In this document: positions 10,154 to 20,483 of the stretch, one piece after another | Position numbering within the stretch: the stretch's first letter is position 1 | How the letters are laid out: every line of letters begins with the position of its first letter | Origin: Trichormus sp. ATA11-4-KO1 | Lineage (GTDB): Bacteria; Cyanobacteriota; Cyanobacteriia; Cyanobacteriales; Nostocaceae | DNA: 64,000 nucleotides | Assembly: GCA_019358915.1 (NCBI GenBank) | Contig: JAHHIM010000003.1 | Span: 121,356 to 185,355, forward strand | Reading direction: 5' to 3' | Notes under the pieces: generated by a model | What the model was told of the DNA's origin: nothing | Seen by the model: only the letters and a program-made list of their open reading frames with translations | Databases searched by the model: none | Translations under genes and position numbers: made by a program

Positions 10154-10954
10154 TTAGCCGTTGAAAATGATGTCGTACAGTGACAGTAAAATCTCCACCA
10201 GAATCAGAATCACCACATACCACTCTACTCGCTGGCTACTGCTATGCTGCATAAACTCCAGCACTGTTTGTGCGGTTTGGGAAATTAGCTCTAGTTTGCG
10301 TTCCAGGGCATTGTGACGCTCACGGATTTCATATTCATTCTCCAAACGCAGATATAAGCTTTCTAACTGGGGGGATTCCCAGAGCAACTCCGGCTTATCA
10401 ATGATCTCTACTCGACCCACTATTTTATGTTGAACTAACAAAGTAGTACCGAGTTGACGCAGTAATTCCCGACTTTGACGTCTACTCCTGTTTTCGCGTT
10501 GGAGACTAGCTGCAAACGGTTCAATTTGATCAAAGACAGTAGCTAGGCTAGTTTCATAATGAGACAGTACAGCACTCTTAGCGAGTATATCAGCCACTAT
10601 TTGTAAGCGTTCAGTACTAAATTCATGCAGCAAAATTTTTCCTTCCTTGACTCGCTCACGCTGTGCCATGTTAAGCTGTACTTCCACTTCTTCCGTCTCT
10701 GGGTTAGCGAAAGATTCCTTAACTTGAGAAGATAGTTCGGTCAAGAAGGCTACCTTTTCCACAGGCTCAAGGTTAAATAGGACAACTGCACCATAGCTCA
10801 GTAGCACCGCACAGCCGTGTTTACCGACTGTAACCATTAGTGGCATAGTTGCCAAGCAGTCGTAATTCTCCAATGTCTGTAAGTTAATTTCTTTACCAAG
10901 GAATAAGGCTTGCGCTCTAAAGCTATCTCTGTCATTAAAAAGAAGTTTTTGCAT
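10154..10954 (-). CDS. RMD1/DUF155 family protein
   Basis: YGAVVLFN, IIDKPELLWE, EIRER, RVEWYVVILI. Confidence 0.85.
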   Translation of the reverse strand: MQKLLFNDRDSFRAQALFLGKEINLQTLENYDCLATMPLMVTVGKHGCAVLLSYGAVVLFNLEPVEKVAFLTELSSQVKESFANPETEEVEVQLNMAQRERVKEGKILLHEFSTERLQIVADILAKSAVLSHYETSLATVFDQIEPFAASLQRENRSRRQSRELLRQLGTTLLVQHKIVGRVEIIDKPELLWESPQLESLYLRLENEYEIRERHNALERKLELISQTAQTVLEFMQHSSSQRVEWYVVILILVEILLSLYDIIFNG

Positions 10955-11098
10955 TGCTGCCCTATGCTATGTTGTGCCTGTTGGTATTTGGGGGTAGCTA
11001 TAGCAACTAACGCCGTTCGTGCTAGGAAATAAATTAATCACAAATAATCTCTCTGCGCCTTTGTGGCAGACTAATTCAAAACTTGCAATCAGCAACGC

Positions 11099-12670
11099 CT
11101 AAATCATAAATGGTTCAGGTTGATGATTATACCACTGTTCGCCAATGCGTTCAGCTACTAAAGGTTTAACAATAAACTTGAGTGGGCGACCATCTTGAAC
11201 ATCAATCCGTACGCAGGAGTAAGGTAGATGCTTGTGGGAATCGTGTCCATTGCGACCTACAAACAGCAGGGAATCTGCAACTTTTCGCGTGGGACTACCA
11301 GGAATATCAGTGAAAGTTTCCATCAATTCATTTCCCTCTGGACGTTGACGGCGAGGAAAATGACCACTACCACCAGAAACAATACAGTTGATGTGAGAGT
11401 CAGCATATCCTGTATCAACGGTGCATAGATGTTCTAGACAATGGGCGTGGCCGTTGAATATCAAATCGACTATGGGATGATCTTTAACAAGAGAACCAAG
11501 AGTTTTTGCCACTTGTTCCAAAACCCAGCGTAGGCGGTGGCGAACTGCTAAGGTTTGTGCTTGATCCCATTTTGTCGCCTCAGTAACGTAGGGGGGATGA
11601 TGAAAGTAAATAATCCGTCCACGTACCTCTGAAGTATTCCAAGACTCAACTAGCCTGTTTCTCAACCAGTCAAGTTGTTCAAAATCGATTATGGCTGTAG
11701 CATTAGCTGCCAATTGCTTCTCGATATCAATTTTTACTTCGTTGATTTGGTCTAACTTGGCATTGAGATCATCAAGTCGTTCAGCTTCGACGGGTTTATT
11801 TGGGTTGAGTTGGTCACATGCTGCCAAAATCTGCATTTCTTCTTGATCTATCTCTTGGCGGCGCTTTTGTAAGGCGCGGCGGCTAATTTCCCCCTCTTGC
11901 GTTGCCGGTAAAGGTGAAGGTGTATTAAAGGTATTAGAATCTAGGGCAAAAAAGTCGATACCGCCATAACGAAAAGTATAATAGCGGTTGGGTACACGGG
12001 TAAATTCTCCGGGTTGATAACGCAAACAAAGCCCCGCGTCAATTTTAGCAGTATAGTGCTGATCTAAATGACGTTGTAAATCTTCTGGGGAAGATATTGC
12101 AGCCAGATAGTCAAGAAACGCTCGTGCATACGCATCACCTTGATTTGATCCATGCCAGCCAATCTCAATATCTTTGTAGCGCAGCATCCGCCGTAACCGC
12201 AGTGTACTTCCTGTAAACAAACGATACATCAATGGCACGTCATAGTAATCGTGATTACCTGGAACTGGCAAAAACGGCAGATTAAATACCATGCGGTTAT
12301 AGGCAATGCGTTCGGGGTAATTGCCACCCTCAAGAAACTCGCGATAAGGTTCGATAAAATTTGTTCGATAATACTCACGGGAACCCACCACATAAATCAC
12401 GTCACCAGTGTGCAAAACAAAACGGCACTCATCTTTGTGGGGAAGCATCAGTTCCGCAACTTTTCGTTGGGGATGATGTCCATAATGAGATTTTGTGCCA
12501 GTATCACCGATGACCATAAAGGAAAATTCCGGACTGTCTTCCTTGCCATCATCAATTACCATGCTGGTTTGGTCGATTTCCCGCGCCACAATCTGGGGAT
12601 GAAGCCACCGCACCCGTTCCTTCATCTTTTGGATTTTCACCTGAATTGATGGTTCAGAAATTAAATTCAT
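11099..12670 (-). CDS. calcineurin-like metallophosphoesterase
   Basis: GDTG, GDVIY, GNHD, HHPPY and GHAH motifs. Confidence 0.9.
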   Translation of the reverse strand: MNLISEPSIQVKIQKMKERVRWLHPQIVAREIDQTSMVIDDGKEDSPEFSFMVIGDTGTKSHYGHHPQRKVAELMLPHKDECRFVLHTGDVIYVVGSREYYRTNFIEPYREFLEGGNYPERIAYNRMVFNLPFLPVPGNHDYYDVPLMYRLFTGSTLRLRRMLRYKDIEIGWHGSNQGDAYARAFLDYLAAISSPEDLQRHLDQHYTAKIDAGLCLRYQPGEFTRVPNRYYTFRYGGIDFFALDSNTFNTPSPLPATQEGEISRRALQKRRQEIDQEEMQILAACDQLNPNKPVEAERLDDLNAKLDQINEVKIDIEKQLAANATAIIDFEQLDWLRNRLVESWNTSEVRGRIIYFHHPPYVTEATKWDQAQTLAVRHRLRWVLEQVAKTLGSLVKDHPIVDLIFNGHAHCLEHLCTVDTGYADSHINCIVSGGSGHFPRRQRPEGNELMETFTDIPGSPTRKVADSLLFVGRNGHDSHKHLPYSCVRIDVQDGRPLKFIVKPLVAERIGEQWYNHQPEPFMI

Positions 12671-12781
12671 TAGTTACTACTCCCAAATAAATATTCACCT
12701 AGTCCCCAATCCCCGATCGCTTGCGCTGATTTGTTAGTTCGCGTAAAAATAATAGTTAGGATGGCTTAATTTATCTTAACA

Positions 12782-14041
12782 ATGGCGCTCACACAGCTTC
12801 ATCAAAATCTTCACCCTCAACAAACACCGCCAGACAAAAGGGGATATGAATATGATTTGGTAATTGTCGGCGGTGGAATTATTGGATTAACTCTAGCCTC
12901 TGCTTTGAAAAATTCTGGCTTGAGCATCTTGCTGATTGAGGCAAAAGTGACATCAGCAGCAGTAGCAAAAGGGCAAGCCTACGCAGTTCATATGCTTTCG
13001 GCACTCATTTACCAGGGAATTGGAGTTTGGGAGCAAATATCGCCGCAAGTCGCCAAATATTGCCAAGTTCGCCTGTCTGATGCCGATCATCCTGATGTCG
13101 TGGAATTTGTCACAGATGATATAGGTACACCAGAGTTGGGTTATGTGGCAGAACACCAAGCACTGTTACAGCCCTTGCAGGAATTTGTGCAAAATTGTCC
13201 AAATGTAACGTATCTTTGTCCGGCTGAAGTAATCAAGACACAATACCAGCAGGACATAGTATCTATAGATATCAAAATTGCTGACCAGATTCAGACAGTC
13301 CGCAGCAAATTACTCGTCGCCGCCGATGGTTCGCGATCGCGTATTCGTGAAGCCGCAGGAATTAAAACTTTAGGTTGGAAATATTGGCAATCATGCATTG
13401 TAGCATTTGTCAAACCAGAAAAACCCCACAATAACACCGCCTACGAAAGATTTTGGACTAGCGGGCCATTTGCTATTCTACCTCTACCGGGTAACCGTTG
13501 CCGGATTGTTTGGACAGCCCCCCACGCAGAGGCTAAAGCTTTGTGTGCCTTGGATGACGAGCAATTTTTAGCAGAACTCAGCCGTCGCTACGGTGATCAC
13601 ATGGGTAAATTGGAACTGTTAGGCGATCGCTTTATTTTTCCAGTACAACTCATGCAAAGCGATCGCTATGTCCTACCTAGATTAGCGTTAATTGGTGATG
13701 CTGCTCACAATTGCCATCCCGTTGGCGGACAAGGTTTAAATTTGGGTATTCGGGATGCAGCTGCTTTGGCACAAGTACTACAAAAAGCACATGCAGCAGG
13801 TGAAGACATTGGTAATATTAAAATTCTCAAACGTTATGAACGTTGGCGCCAGGGAGAAAACTTAACTATTTTAGGATTAACCGATTTGTTAGATCGGATG
13901 TTTTCTAATAACTTTTTACCATTGGTAGTAATTCGTCGCCTGGGCTTATGGATGATGCGGCGAGTACCGATGCTAAAAGTATTTGCGCTCAAATTGATGA
14001 TTGGTTTGAAAGGGCGTACCCCAGAACTAGCTAGACGGTGA
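12782..14041 (+). CDS. UbiH/COQ6-family FAD-dependent hydroxylase
   Basis: GGGIIG, AADGSRS, GDAAH..HPVGGQGLNLG. Confidence 0.9.
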   Translation: MALTQLHQNLHPQQTPPDKRGYEYDLVIVGGGIIGLTLASALKNSGLSILLIEAKVTSAAVAKGQAYAVHMLSALIYQGIGVWEQISPQVAKYCQVRLSDADHPDVVEFVTDDIGTPELGYVAEHQALLQPLQEFVQNCPNVTYLCPAEVIKTQYQQDIVSIDIKIADQIQTVRSKLLVAADGSRSRIREAAGIKTLGWKYWQSCIVAFVKPEKPHNNTAYERFWTSGPFAILPLPGNRCRIVWTAPHAEAKALCALDDEQFLAELSRRYGDHMGKLELLGDRFIFPVQLMQSDRYVLPRLALIGDAAHNCHPVGGQGLNLGIRDAAALAQVLQKAHAAGEDIGNIKILKRYERWRQGENLTILGLTDLLDRMFSNNFLPLVVIRRLGLWMMRRVPMLKVFALKLMIGLKGRTPELARR

Positions 14042-14440
14042 GGGAGTGAAACCAATACCCCATGCCCTTTACCTTACTCAGCACTCTTCTTCTCTCTGCG
14101 TTCTCTGCGCCTCTGTGGTTCGTTGAAAAATGACATTTTTGCCAGGGAATTGGTAAGATATTCAACAATTTTACTTTTTCTCACAACTTGTCAACACCAG
14201 GATAGAAAAACTGCTCATACCTACTTGAGTGTATGCAAATTTCATTGAGATAATCTAAAAATTTTCACACTCTATACTAAAGATGGATGTCACCAAATTA
14301 AAGGCGTGATTTAAAAGTCAGTACTGGCAAAATTCCTTATTCTTCAAGCAATTTAAAATCTAACCTGAAAAAGTGATTACACTCATGGACAGGAATGCTA
14401 GAGTTTCAAGAAATTCATCGGCACCTCTCAGCGAGTATTC

Positions 14441-16636
14441 ATGCTGAAGAAACTACAAAAAAAACAAATTTCCCTAATTGCTGGTGCAGCGCTGTTTGCC
14501 TTTTCAGCTGGGGCAATGGTGTCAGCACCTGAGATTGGCAAATCTTTGGGACAATGGCTCAACTTGGCACAAACTCAGTCTGGACAAATATCTGAGGAAA
14601 ATCAAGCCCAATCAGCCGTATTTCCACTGGTATCGCAGTCTCGACAGAAACGGGCGGACAAACTAGAAGCGATCGCTAATGGTTTCAGTTCACCAGACCG
14701 AGAACGCGCCCGCTATCTGTTAGCCAGTGATTTAATTGAAACTAGAGACGCACAAAAGGCTTTAAATCTTCTGGCAGGACTAGAAAAAAGTTATCCCAGT
14801 CTAGGGCCTTATATTTTACTGAAACAGGCACAAGCTCAAGATATTTTAGGTGCAGAAGGCAAAGCTTCGGATCTCAGGCAAAGAGTGCTGAGAGAGTATC
14901 CCCGTGAAGCAGGTACAGTCAAAGCCTTGTATATGATCGCCCTACCAGAGCATCATGATACAGCGATCGCGCAATTTCCTTCTCATCCCCTCACCTGGGA
15001 AATTATTCGTAAGCGGTTACAAGAAAATCCCAATCAACCACAATTGCGGTTAATTTTGGCAAAATACGCCTACAATCAACCAGGAATAGTGGGTGTGTTA
15101 GACCAGCTAGCAAAACAGCCTACCCTGAAAGCTGAGGAATGGGAAATTGTGGGGACGGCTTACTGGGAAAACAATCAATTTGCTAAGGCGGCGGCGGCTT
15201 ATGCCAAAGCACCCCCCACACCCCGCAACCTCTACCGCACTGGACGGGGGTTACAGGTAGGAGGCAAAGAACGGGAAAAGGCGATCGCCACTTACAATCA
15301 ATTAATCCAAAAGTTTCCCGAAGCCAACGAGACAGGAACTGCTTTGTTGCGTTTGGCAGAAATGGCCAGAACCCGTAAAGATGCCTTGCCCTATCTTGAC
15401 CAAGTAATTGCGAGATTTCCCCAACAAGCGAGTAGGGCGCTAGTAGAAAAAGCCAGAATTTTCCAAGGACTCAATGATCAAAACTCAGCTAAACAAGCTT
15501 GGGAATTACTGCTCACCAAGTATGCTGATTCTAATGAAGCCGCAGAGTATCGCTGGAATATAGCTAAAGATAAAGCCAAAGCCAAAGATTACGCAGCTGC
15601 TTGGGAATGGGCACAACCAATAGCCACCAACAATCCTCAGAGTATTTTGGCTCCTAGAGCAGGTTTTTGGGTGGGCAAATGGGCAACCATCTTAGGTAAG
15701 GAACAAGAAGCTAAAGCCGCTTATGAGTATGTACTGAGCCAGTTTCCTTACTCCTATTATGCCTGGCGATCGGCGACAATCTTGGGGCTGAATGTCGGCA
15801 ACTTTAACAGCGTCCGCCAACTGCAACCAGAAGTATTACCACTCCAGCGTGCCATACCACCCGCAGGCTCAGAAACTGTCAAAGAATTGTATTTGCTAGG
15901 TCAAGACCGGGATGCTTGGCTGCAATGGGAAACAGAATTTCTCAATAAAATGCAACCCACAGTAGCAGAGCAATTTACAGAAGGGTTGATGCGGCTAGCT
16001 AAAGGAGACAATCTCTCAGGAATTAACATTATTTCTAAATTGGAAGACCGGGAAACACCAGAAGAACAGGCCCAGTATGAAACTTTGAGCCAACAGGTCA
16101 CTTACTGGCAAGCTCGTTATCCTTTTCCCTATCTACAGGAAATTGCCAAGTGGTCTTCAGAACGTCAACTCAATCCCCTGTTAGTTACTGCTTTGATGCG
16201 TCAAGAATCCATGTTTGAGTCGCAAATCAAATCCGTTGCTGGTGCTACTGGCTTAATGCAGGTAATGCCTAGTACAGCTGAATGGATTGCCCCCAAAATT
16301 AAGTTGGACACCAAATCCATCAACCTAGAAGATCCCAACCAAAACATTAAGCTGGGGACATGGTATATGGATTATACCCATCAGCAATATAACAACAACT
16401 CCCTGTTAGCGATCGCTAGTTATAATGCAGGACCCGGCAACGTCTCCAGATGGCTACGAACCATTGGTAAAACAGACCCAGATGAGTTTGTAGAAAATAT
16501 TCCCTTTAATGAAACCAAAAATTACGTGCGGCAAGTTTTTGGAAATTACTGGAATTATTTGAGACTTTACAACCCGGAAATTTCCGCTAAGGTAGCAAAA
16601 TACTCAGCTACACACCCACAATTGCCACAGAAGTGA
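14441..16636 (+). CDS. slt: soluble lytic transglycosylase with TPR repeats
   Basis: MRQES, GLMQVMP, ASYNAGPG, ETKNYV motifs. Confidence 0.9.
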   Translation: MLKKLQKKQISLIAGAALFAFSAGAMVSAPEIGKSLGQWLNLAQTQSGQISEENQAQSAVFPLVSQSRQKRADKLEAIANGFSSPDRERARYLLASDLIETRDAQKALNLLAGLEKSYPSLGPYILLKQAQAQDILGAEGKASDLRQRVLREYPREAGTVKALYMIALPEHHDTAIAQFPSHPLTWEIIRKRLQENPNQPQLRLILAKYAYNQPGIVGVLDQLAKQPTLKAEEWEIVGTAYWENNQFAKAAAAYAKAPPTPRNLYRTGRGLQVGGKEREKAIATYNQLIQKFPEANETGTALLRLAEMARTRKDALPYLDQVIARFPQQASRALVEKARIFQGLNDQNSAKQAWELLLTKYADSNEAAEYRWNIAKDKAKAKDYAAAWEWAQPIATNNPQSILAPRAGFWVGKWATILGKEQEAKAAYEYVLSQFPYSYYAWRSATILGLNVGNFNSVRQLQPEVLPLQRAIPPAGSETVKELYLLGQDRDAWLQWETEFLNKMQPTVAEQFTEGLMRLAKGDNLSGINIISKLEDRETPEEQAQYETLSQQVTYWQARYPFPYLQEIAKWSSERQLNPLLVTALMRQESMFESQIKSVAGATGLMQVMPSTAEWIAPKIKLDTKSINLEDPNQNIKLGTWYMDYTHQQYNNNSLLAIASYNAGPGNVSRWLRTIGKTDPDEFVENIPFNETKNYVRQVFGNYWNYLRLYNPEISAKVAKYSATHPQLPQK

Positions 16637-16766
16637 TTTTATCAATCAAAATGGGGACTGAGGATAAAATTCCCAGCCCCCCAATCCCCAGGTTCCTAAA
16701 CTTCACCTCTTAATAGCTGCTTCCCCGGATAAAATAGTTAACAATTGTTGCGTATTTAGCTAACTC

Positions 16767-17561
16767 ATGACGCCTTTACAAGATATAGACGCTGTAACTA
16801 CTCCCGATATCGCTCAGGAGGAATACGGTAACTCAGAACTTGACCCTCTCAATGAGTTGCCAGATGAAATTGAAATGTCCCTTTTCGACCACCTAGAAGA
16901 GTTGCGACAGAGGATTTTCTATTCACTCATTGCGGTAGCAATAGGTGTTGTCGGCTGTTTCTTGGCTGTCAAGCCCATTGTCCAGCTACTCGAAATTCCA
17001 GCACAAGGAGTAAAATTTCTCCAACTTGCTCCCGGAGAATATTTCTTTGTCTCCATCAAAGTCGCAGGATACAGTGGCTTAGTACTTTCTAGCCCCTTCA
17101 TTCTTTACCAAATTATCCAGTTCGTTCTCCCAGGACTGACTCGCCGCGAACGCCGTTTGCTGGGACCAGTAGTTTTGGGTTCGAGTGTGCTATTTGCAGC
17201 TGGTTTAGTATTTGCCTACTTGCTTCTCATCCCCGCAGCTTTGAATTTTTTCATTAGCTATGGTGCAGATGTAGTAGAACAACTATGGTCAATCGATAAA
17301 TATTTTGAATTTGTGTTGCTGCTATTATTTAGCACTGGTTTAGCATTTCAAATTCCCATAATCCAACTGTTACTCGGTAATTTGGGAATTGTTTCGTCTG
17401 AAAAAATGATCTCTGGCTGGCGTTACGTGATTATCGGCGCAGTAGTATTAGGTGCTGTCCTCACACCCTCTACTGACCCCCTCACCCAAAGTCTTTTAGC
17501 AGGCGCAGTGCTAGGACTTTACTTTGGTGGTATTGGTTTAGTTAAGCTCACAGGTAAATGA
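16767..17561 (+). CDS. tatC: twin-arginine translocase subunit TatC
   Basis: [26 protein letters not shown]. Confidence 0.97.
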   Translation: MTPLQDIDAVTTPDIAQEEYGNSELDPLNELPDEIEMSLFDHLEELRQRIFYSLIAVAIGVVGCFLAVKPIVQLLEIPAQGVKFLQLAPGEYFFVSIKVAGYSGLVLSSPFILYQIIQFVLPGLTRRERRLLGPVVLGSSVLFAAGLVFAYLLLIPAALNFFISYGADVVEQLWSIDKYFEFVLLLLFSTGLAFQIPIIQLLLGNLGIVSSEKMISGWRYVIIGAVVLGAVLTPSTDPLTQSLLAGAVLGLYFGGIGLVKLTGK

Positions 17562-17653
17562 CGCAAACCAACTATGAGAACTTTGAGCAAGTTGAAATTC
17601 GCGTTGGCATGATCATTAAAGCTGTTTATGCTAAGACTTTCTGTAGGCATTAA
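17558..17653 (+). pseudogene. csaA: N-terminal fragment of CsaA/tRNA-binding protein
   Basis: [22 protein letters not shown] overlaps the tatC stop (ATGA) and matches the CsaA N-terminus (F..VEIRVG.I); similarity ends after ~22 codons. Confidence 0.7.
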
Positions 17654-17666
17654 ATCACAGCTTACT

Positions 17667-17928
17667 CTAAATCAATGTCATGACTTGCTCATATTCTTCT
17701 TTATGGCTTTGCAAAGCATCCCAAAGGTCAAGTTTTTGCTGAAGATTAAGCCAAAGTCTTGGACTATTTCCTAAAGCTTTACCAAGACGTAGTGCCATAT
17801 CTACTGTAAGCTGAATCTATAACTTCAAGTCTGATTCTAATTTTCTTTTCTAAGTTTGCAGGAACTCCTTTATGAAAATTTTCTCTAAATAAATTTTCCA
17901 ATGCTTTATTTTGGAATGTTTGAATCAT
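17667..17928 (-). pseudogene. internally deleted higB-higA copy
   Basis: MIQTFQNKALENLFRENFHKGVPANLEKKIRIRLEVIDSA joined near 17809 to TVDMALRLGKALGNSPRLWLNLQQKLDLWDALQSHKEEYEQVMTLI*; paralogous to 20484-21115. Confidence 0.85.
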
Positions 17929-18072
17929 TTATAGCTGTTTCCGACCTAGTGAGGTACATTTTCAAAGCGACTAACCTTATTCAAAGGGATACTTAACCAA
18001 AATAATTTCATTTTATTTTATGCTTTGATACCTCAGAGCGTGAAACCTGCGGTTTGACAGATTTAGATGGAA

Positions 18073-18162
18073 GCGATGCCTCCCCTCCGGCGGCCTACGC
18101 CTACGCACTCCAAACTACAAAATTTTACCAAGAGCGATACCTCCGCTAAACAACGCTTACGC
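18073..18162. repeat. HIP1-27 nt spacer-HIP1 unit, both HIP1 sites split by short inserts
   Basis: GCGAT[26 nt]CGC ACTCCAAACTACAAAATTTTACCAAGA GCGAT[21 nt]CGC. Confidence 0.7.
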
Positions 18163-18213
18163 CTGGGGTATTGTTATAATTTGGGTTATGACCCATAAGA
18201 AAGAACTGATATT

Positions 18214-18489
18214 GTGAACTCTACATTTAACTGGAATCCTGAAAAGACTTTATGGGAAAAAGTCATACACCTAGCTAGTGAACGTGGTCAATCTCCCGAA
18301 TCAATTATTAGTGAAGCTGTGAGATTATACGTGGAGACACAATTAGTAGAACCTGTTAATAATGATGTGTCTGACCCATTAATTGGCTTATTTTCAGCAA
18401 CACCTGATTTAGCTATAAACTCAGAAGATATTCTCCAAGATGAGATTAGTGAAAAATCAGGTTGGACATGGAAAGAACACCATCAGTAG
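18214..18489 (+). CDS. putative antitoxin (RHH/CopG-like, VapB role)
   Basis: LASERGQSPESIISEAVRLY RHH-like segment; DPLIGLF..TPDLA..SEDIL tail; overlaps the PIN gene. Confidence 0.7.
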   Translation: MNSTFNWNPEKTLWEKVIHLASERGQSPESIISEAVRLYVETQLVEPVNNDVSDPLIGLFSATPDLAINSEDILQDEISEKSGWTWKEHHQ

Positions 18490-18887
18490 CTGATACTGGC
18501 TTTGTGGTTGCATTGTTAAATCGTGCAGATATAATGCACAATACTGTTACAAAAATATATATACAACAAAAGCAAATTTTATTGCCACAAACAGTATTAG
18601 CAGAAATAGCTTATCTAGTAGGAAAAAATGCAGGCGTCAAGACAGTAGTAGACTTCTTACAAGGATTATCTGCAAGCCGATTTACTTTAGTAGCTTTGAC
18701 AGATAAAGATATCATGCGTGTGGGGGAAATATTGAATGAGTATGCAGATAGCAGAATTGACTTTGTTGATGCAAGTGTGATGGCTATAGCTGAACATTAT
18801 GTAACTTAACAGATATTGACGTTAGATCAGCGAGATTTTAGATTATTTCGACCTCAGCATTGTGATAGCTTTGAGATTTTACCTTGA
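18468..18887 (+). pseudogene. vapC: VapC PIN-domain toxin with an in-frame nonsense codon
   Basis: VADTGF, VLAEIAY, DFVDASVMAIAE; TAA at 18807-18809 followed in frame by QILTLDQRDFRLFRPQHCDSFEILP*. Confidence 0.85.
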
Positions 18888-18910
18888 ATAAAATAATAGT
18901 TTATATGGGA

Positions 18911-18974
18911 GCGATGCCGCCGACGGGCTAAGCATACGCACCTCATACCCTAAAATTTTACCAAGAGTGATCGC
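18911..18974. repeat. second HIP1-27 nt spacer-HIP1 unit
   Basis: GCGAT[21 nt]CGC ACCTCATACCCTAAAATTTTACCAAGA GTGATCGC. Confidence 0.7.
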
Positions 18975-19076
18975 ACTTGTGAATTAAGCTCTTTACCTCT
19001 TAGCTGGTACTTGAGAATTGATTAAAATATTCAATTCTCAGTTTTGAGGTATTGCCATAAATAACACTAGTTTGCA

Positions 19077-19195
19077 TTACAATCCCAACCAATATCTTCA
19101 GAATTGCTCTAACAATTTGGCATCAGCATCAGCTAACTTACCAATCACTTTTACAACCAAGCTTTCATGGACTGTGTATAATCCTCTTTGACTGC
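19077..19195 (-). pseudogene. C-terminal remnant of a PemK/MazF toxin
   Basis: RGLYTVHESLVVKVIGKLADADAKLLEQF*RYWLGL*, resembling cyanobacterial MazF C-termini; internal stop and 1-nt frameshift. Confidence 0.6.
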
Positions 19196-19233
19196 CTATT
19201 TGAAAATATAAGCACAGTTTATGTTTTAATCAC

Positions 19234-19446
19234 TTAAGCAGACATCAAACGCTGTTTTGGTTCCGGAATTAAACGACCCAATTCTTGAGCAGTTTCAATC
19301 CATTCCTGCATAATAACTTCTACATTTTGTAGTGCTTCTTGATAAGTTTCACCATCAGCAGCACATCCAGGTAATTCTGGTACTTCTGCTATAAATGCTT
19401 GGTCTTCTTTACTCCAATAGAGATTAATTTCATAACGCAGATTCAT
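19234..19446 (-). CDS. hicB: HicB-family antitoxin (short form)
   Basis: YWSKEDQAFIAEVPELPGCAADGETYQEAL. Confidence 0.9.
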   Translation of the reverse strand: MNLRYEINLYWSKEDQAFIAEVPELPGCAADGETYQEALQNVEVIMQEWIETAQELGRLIPEPKQRLMSA

Positions 19447-19696
19447 CTTGTTCTCCTAGTTCGTATTTGAGAATTACTTCACGAACTTGCTTGACCTGAT
19501 AAGCTTTAGCTTTTCCTTGTTTGGGCTGAAGATTCAAAATTTCTTCTGTACCATCTTTTGTATATATATGATGGCTACCGCGAATACGCTCATCAAACCC
19601 TAGTTTAATTAGTAGTTGACACAACTGTTCAAAGGCAATGTTTTTGTCTGATGTTCCTGATAATATCTTAGCCAGTAGTTTATCTGTTTGACTCAT
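19430..19696 (-). CDS. hicA: HicA-family toxin
   Basis: LGFDERIRGSHHIY, AKAYQVKQV; overlaps hicB. Confidence 0.9.
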   Translation of the reverse strand: MSQTDKLLAKILSGTSDKNIAFEQLCQLLIKLGFDERIRGSHHIYTKDGTEEILNLQPKQGKAKAYQVKQVREVILKYELGEQDESAL

Positions 19697-19708
19697 TATT
19701 TACCATAA

Positions 19709-19851
19709 GCGATACCTTTGGTAAGCTGTGCTAACGCTGATTCTATGATGACACGGTTAGCGATACCTCCGGTAAGCTACCCTAACGCCTGTTTGTTAAG
19801 ACGAGCGCATTATGCACAATCATAAAGCGATCGCCTGTTTGTCATGATGAG
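19709..19851. repeat. cluster of three HIP1 sites, two split by 21-nt inserts
   Basis: GCGAT-ACCTTTGGTAAGCTGTGCTAA-CGC; GCGAT-ACCTCCGGTAAGCTACCCTAA-CGC; intact GCGATCGC at 19827; repeated CGCCTGTTTGT. Confidence 0.7.
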
Positions 19852-19894
19852 CTATTGCTTTTTTTCTAGACTATCGAAGAACGATACCTGTAGG

Positions 19895-20437
19895 TTATGA
19901 TGCTGTTTTAACTGCAACTTTCATAACATTAATTTCGCCAATCAGGATAGAGAACATTTCACTGGATATCTTGAGTTCTTGACCCTCATCAAACTGCCAA
20001 GGCAAAATCTTTATTTTTGTGTGGTTCTTATCTACTAGAGATTTGTTGTGAACAATCCAGTTGCGAACATGGCGTATGTCACCCATGAGGTCAGAAGTTA
20101 CACTCTTGGTTTCGACTCCCACTTCATTAGCAATCTTTTGCCGATACATTTCATCCCATTCCGAATAGATTGCAACAATAATAGATTTTGCAATAGTGTC
20201 TGAGAAAATACCATCTTTTTCAGAGTATAACAATGCGTCTTTCATTTTAATCTTAGAATGGGGCTTTGCTTCGTTAGGATGTCCAGAACCAATAAACAAG
20301 CTCTGATTCTGTTGTTCTATAATGTGGGGACGTAAATCTTCAACTACTTTTTGTAGTCCTCTTGTCGCAAACGTGAAGCAGGTAAAATACTGATGACAAC
20401 GCTCTTGGAATCTTATTAATTCTTGACTCATATTCAT
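19895..20437 (-). CDS. hypothetical protein with a HEPN-like RxxxxH motif
   Basis: 180 aa; YSEWDE upstream of DIRHVRNWIVHN. Confidence 0.55.
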   Translation of the reverse strand: MNMSQELIRFQERCHQYFTCFTFATRGLQKVVEDLRPHIIEQQNQSLFIGSGHPNEAKPHSKIKMKDALLYSEKDGIFSDTIAKSIIVAIYSEWDEMYRQKIANEVGVETKSVTSDLMGDIRHVRNWIVHNKSLVDKNHTKIKILPWQFDEGQELKISSEMFSILIGEINVMKVAVKTAS

Positions 20438-20483
20438 ACTAAAATTTATTTATAAATTTCACTAAGTGTTTCTGCATTTTATT

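Noticed and set aside
18073..19834. HIP1/insert units read as CRISPR repeats and spacers
   Set aside because: The constant part is only 8 nt and spacing is irregular; better explained as HIP1-targeted small repeats
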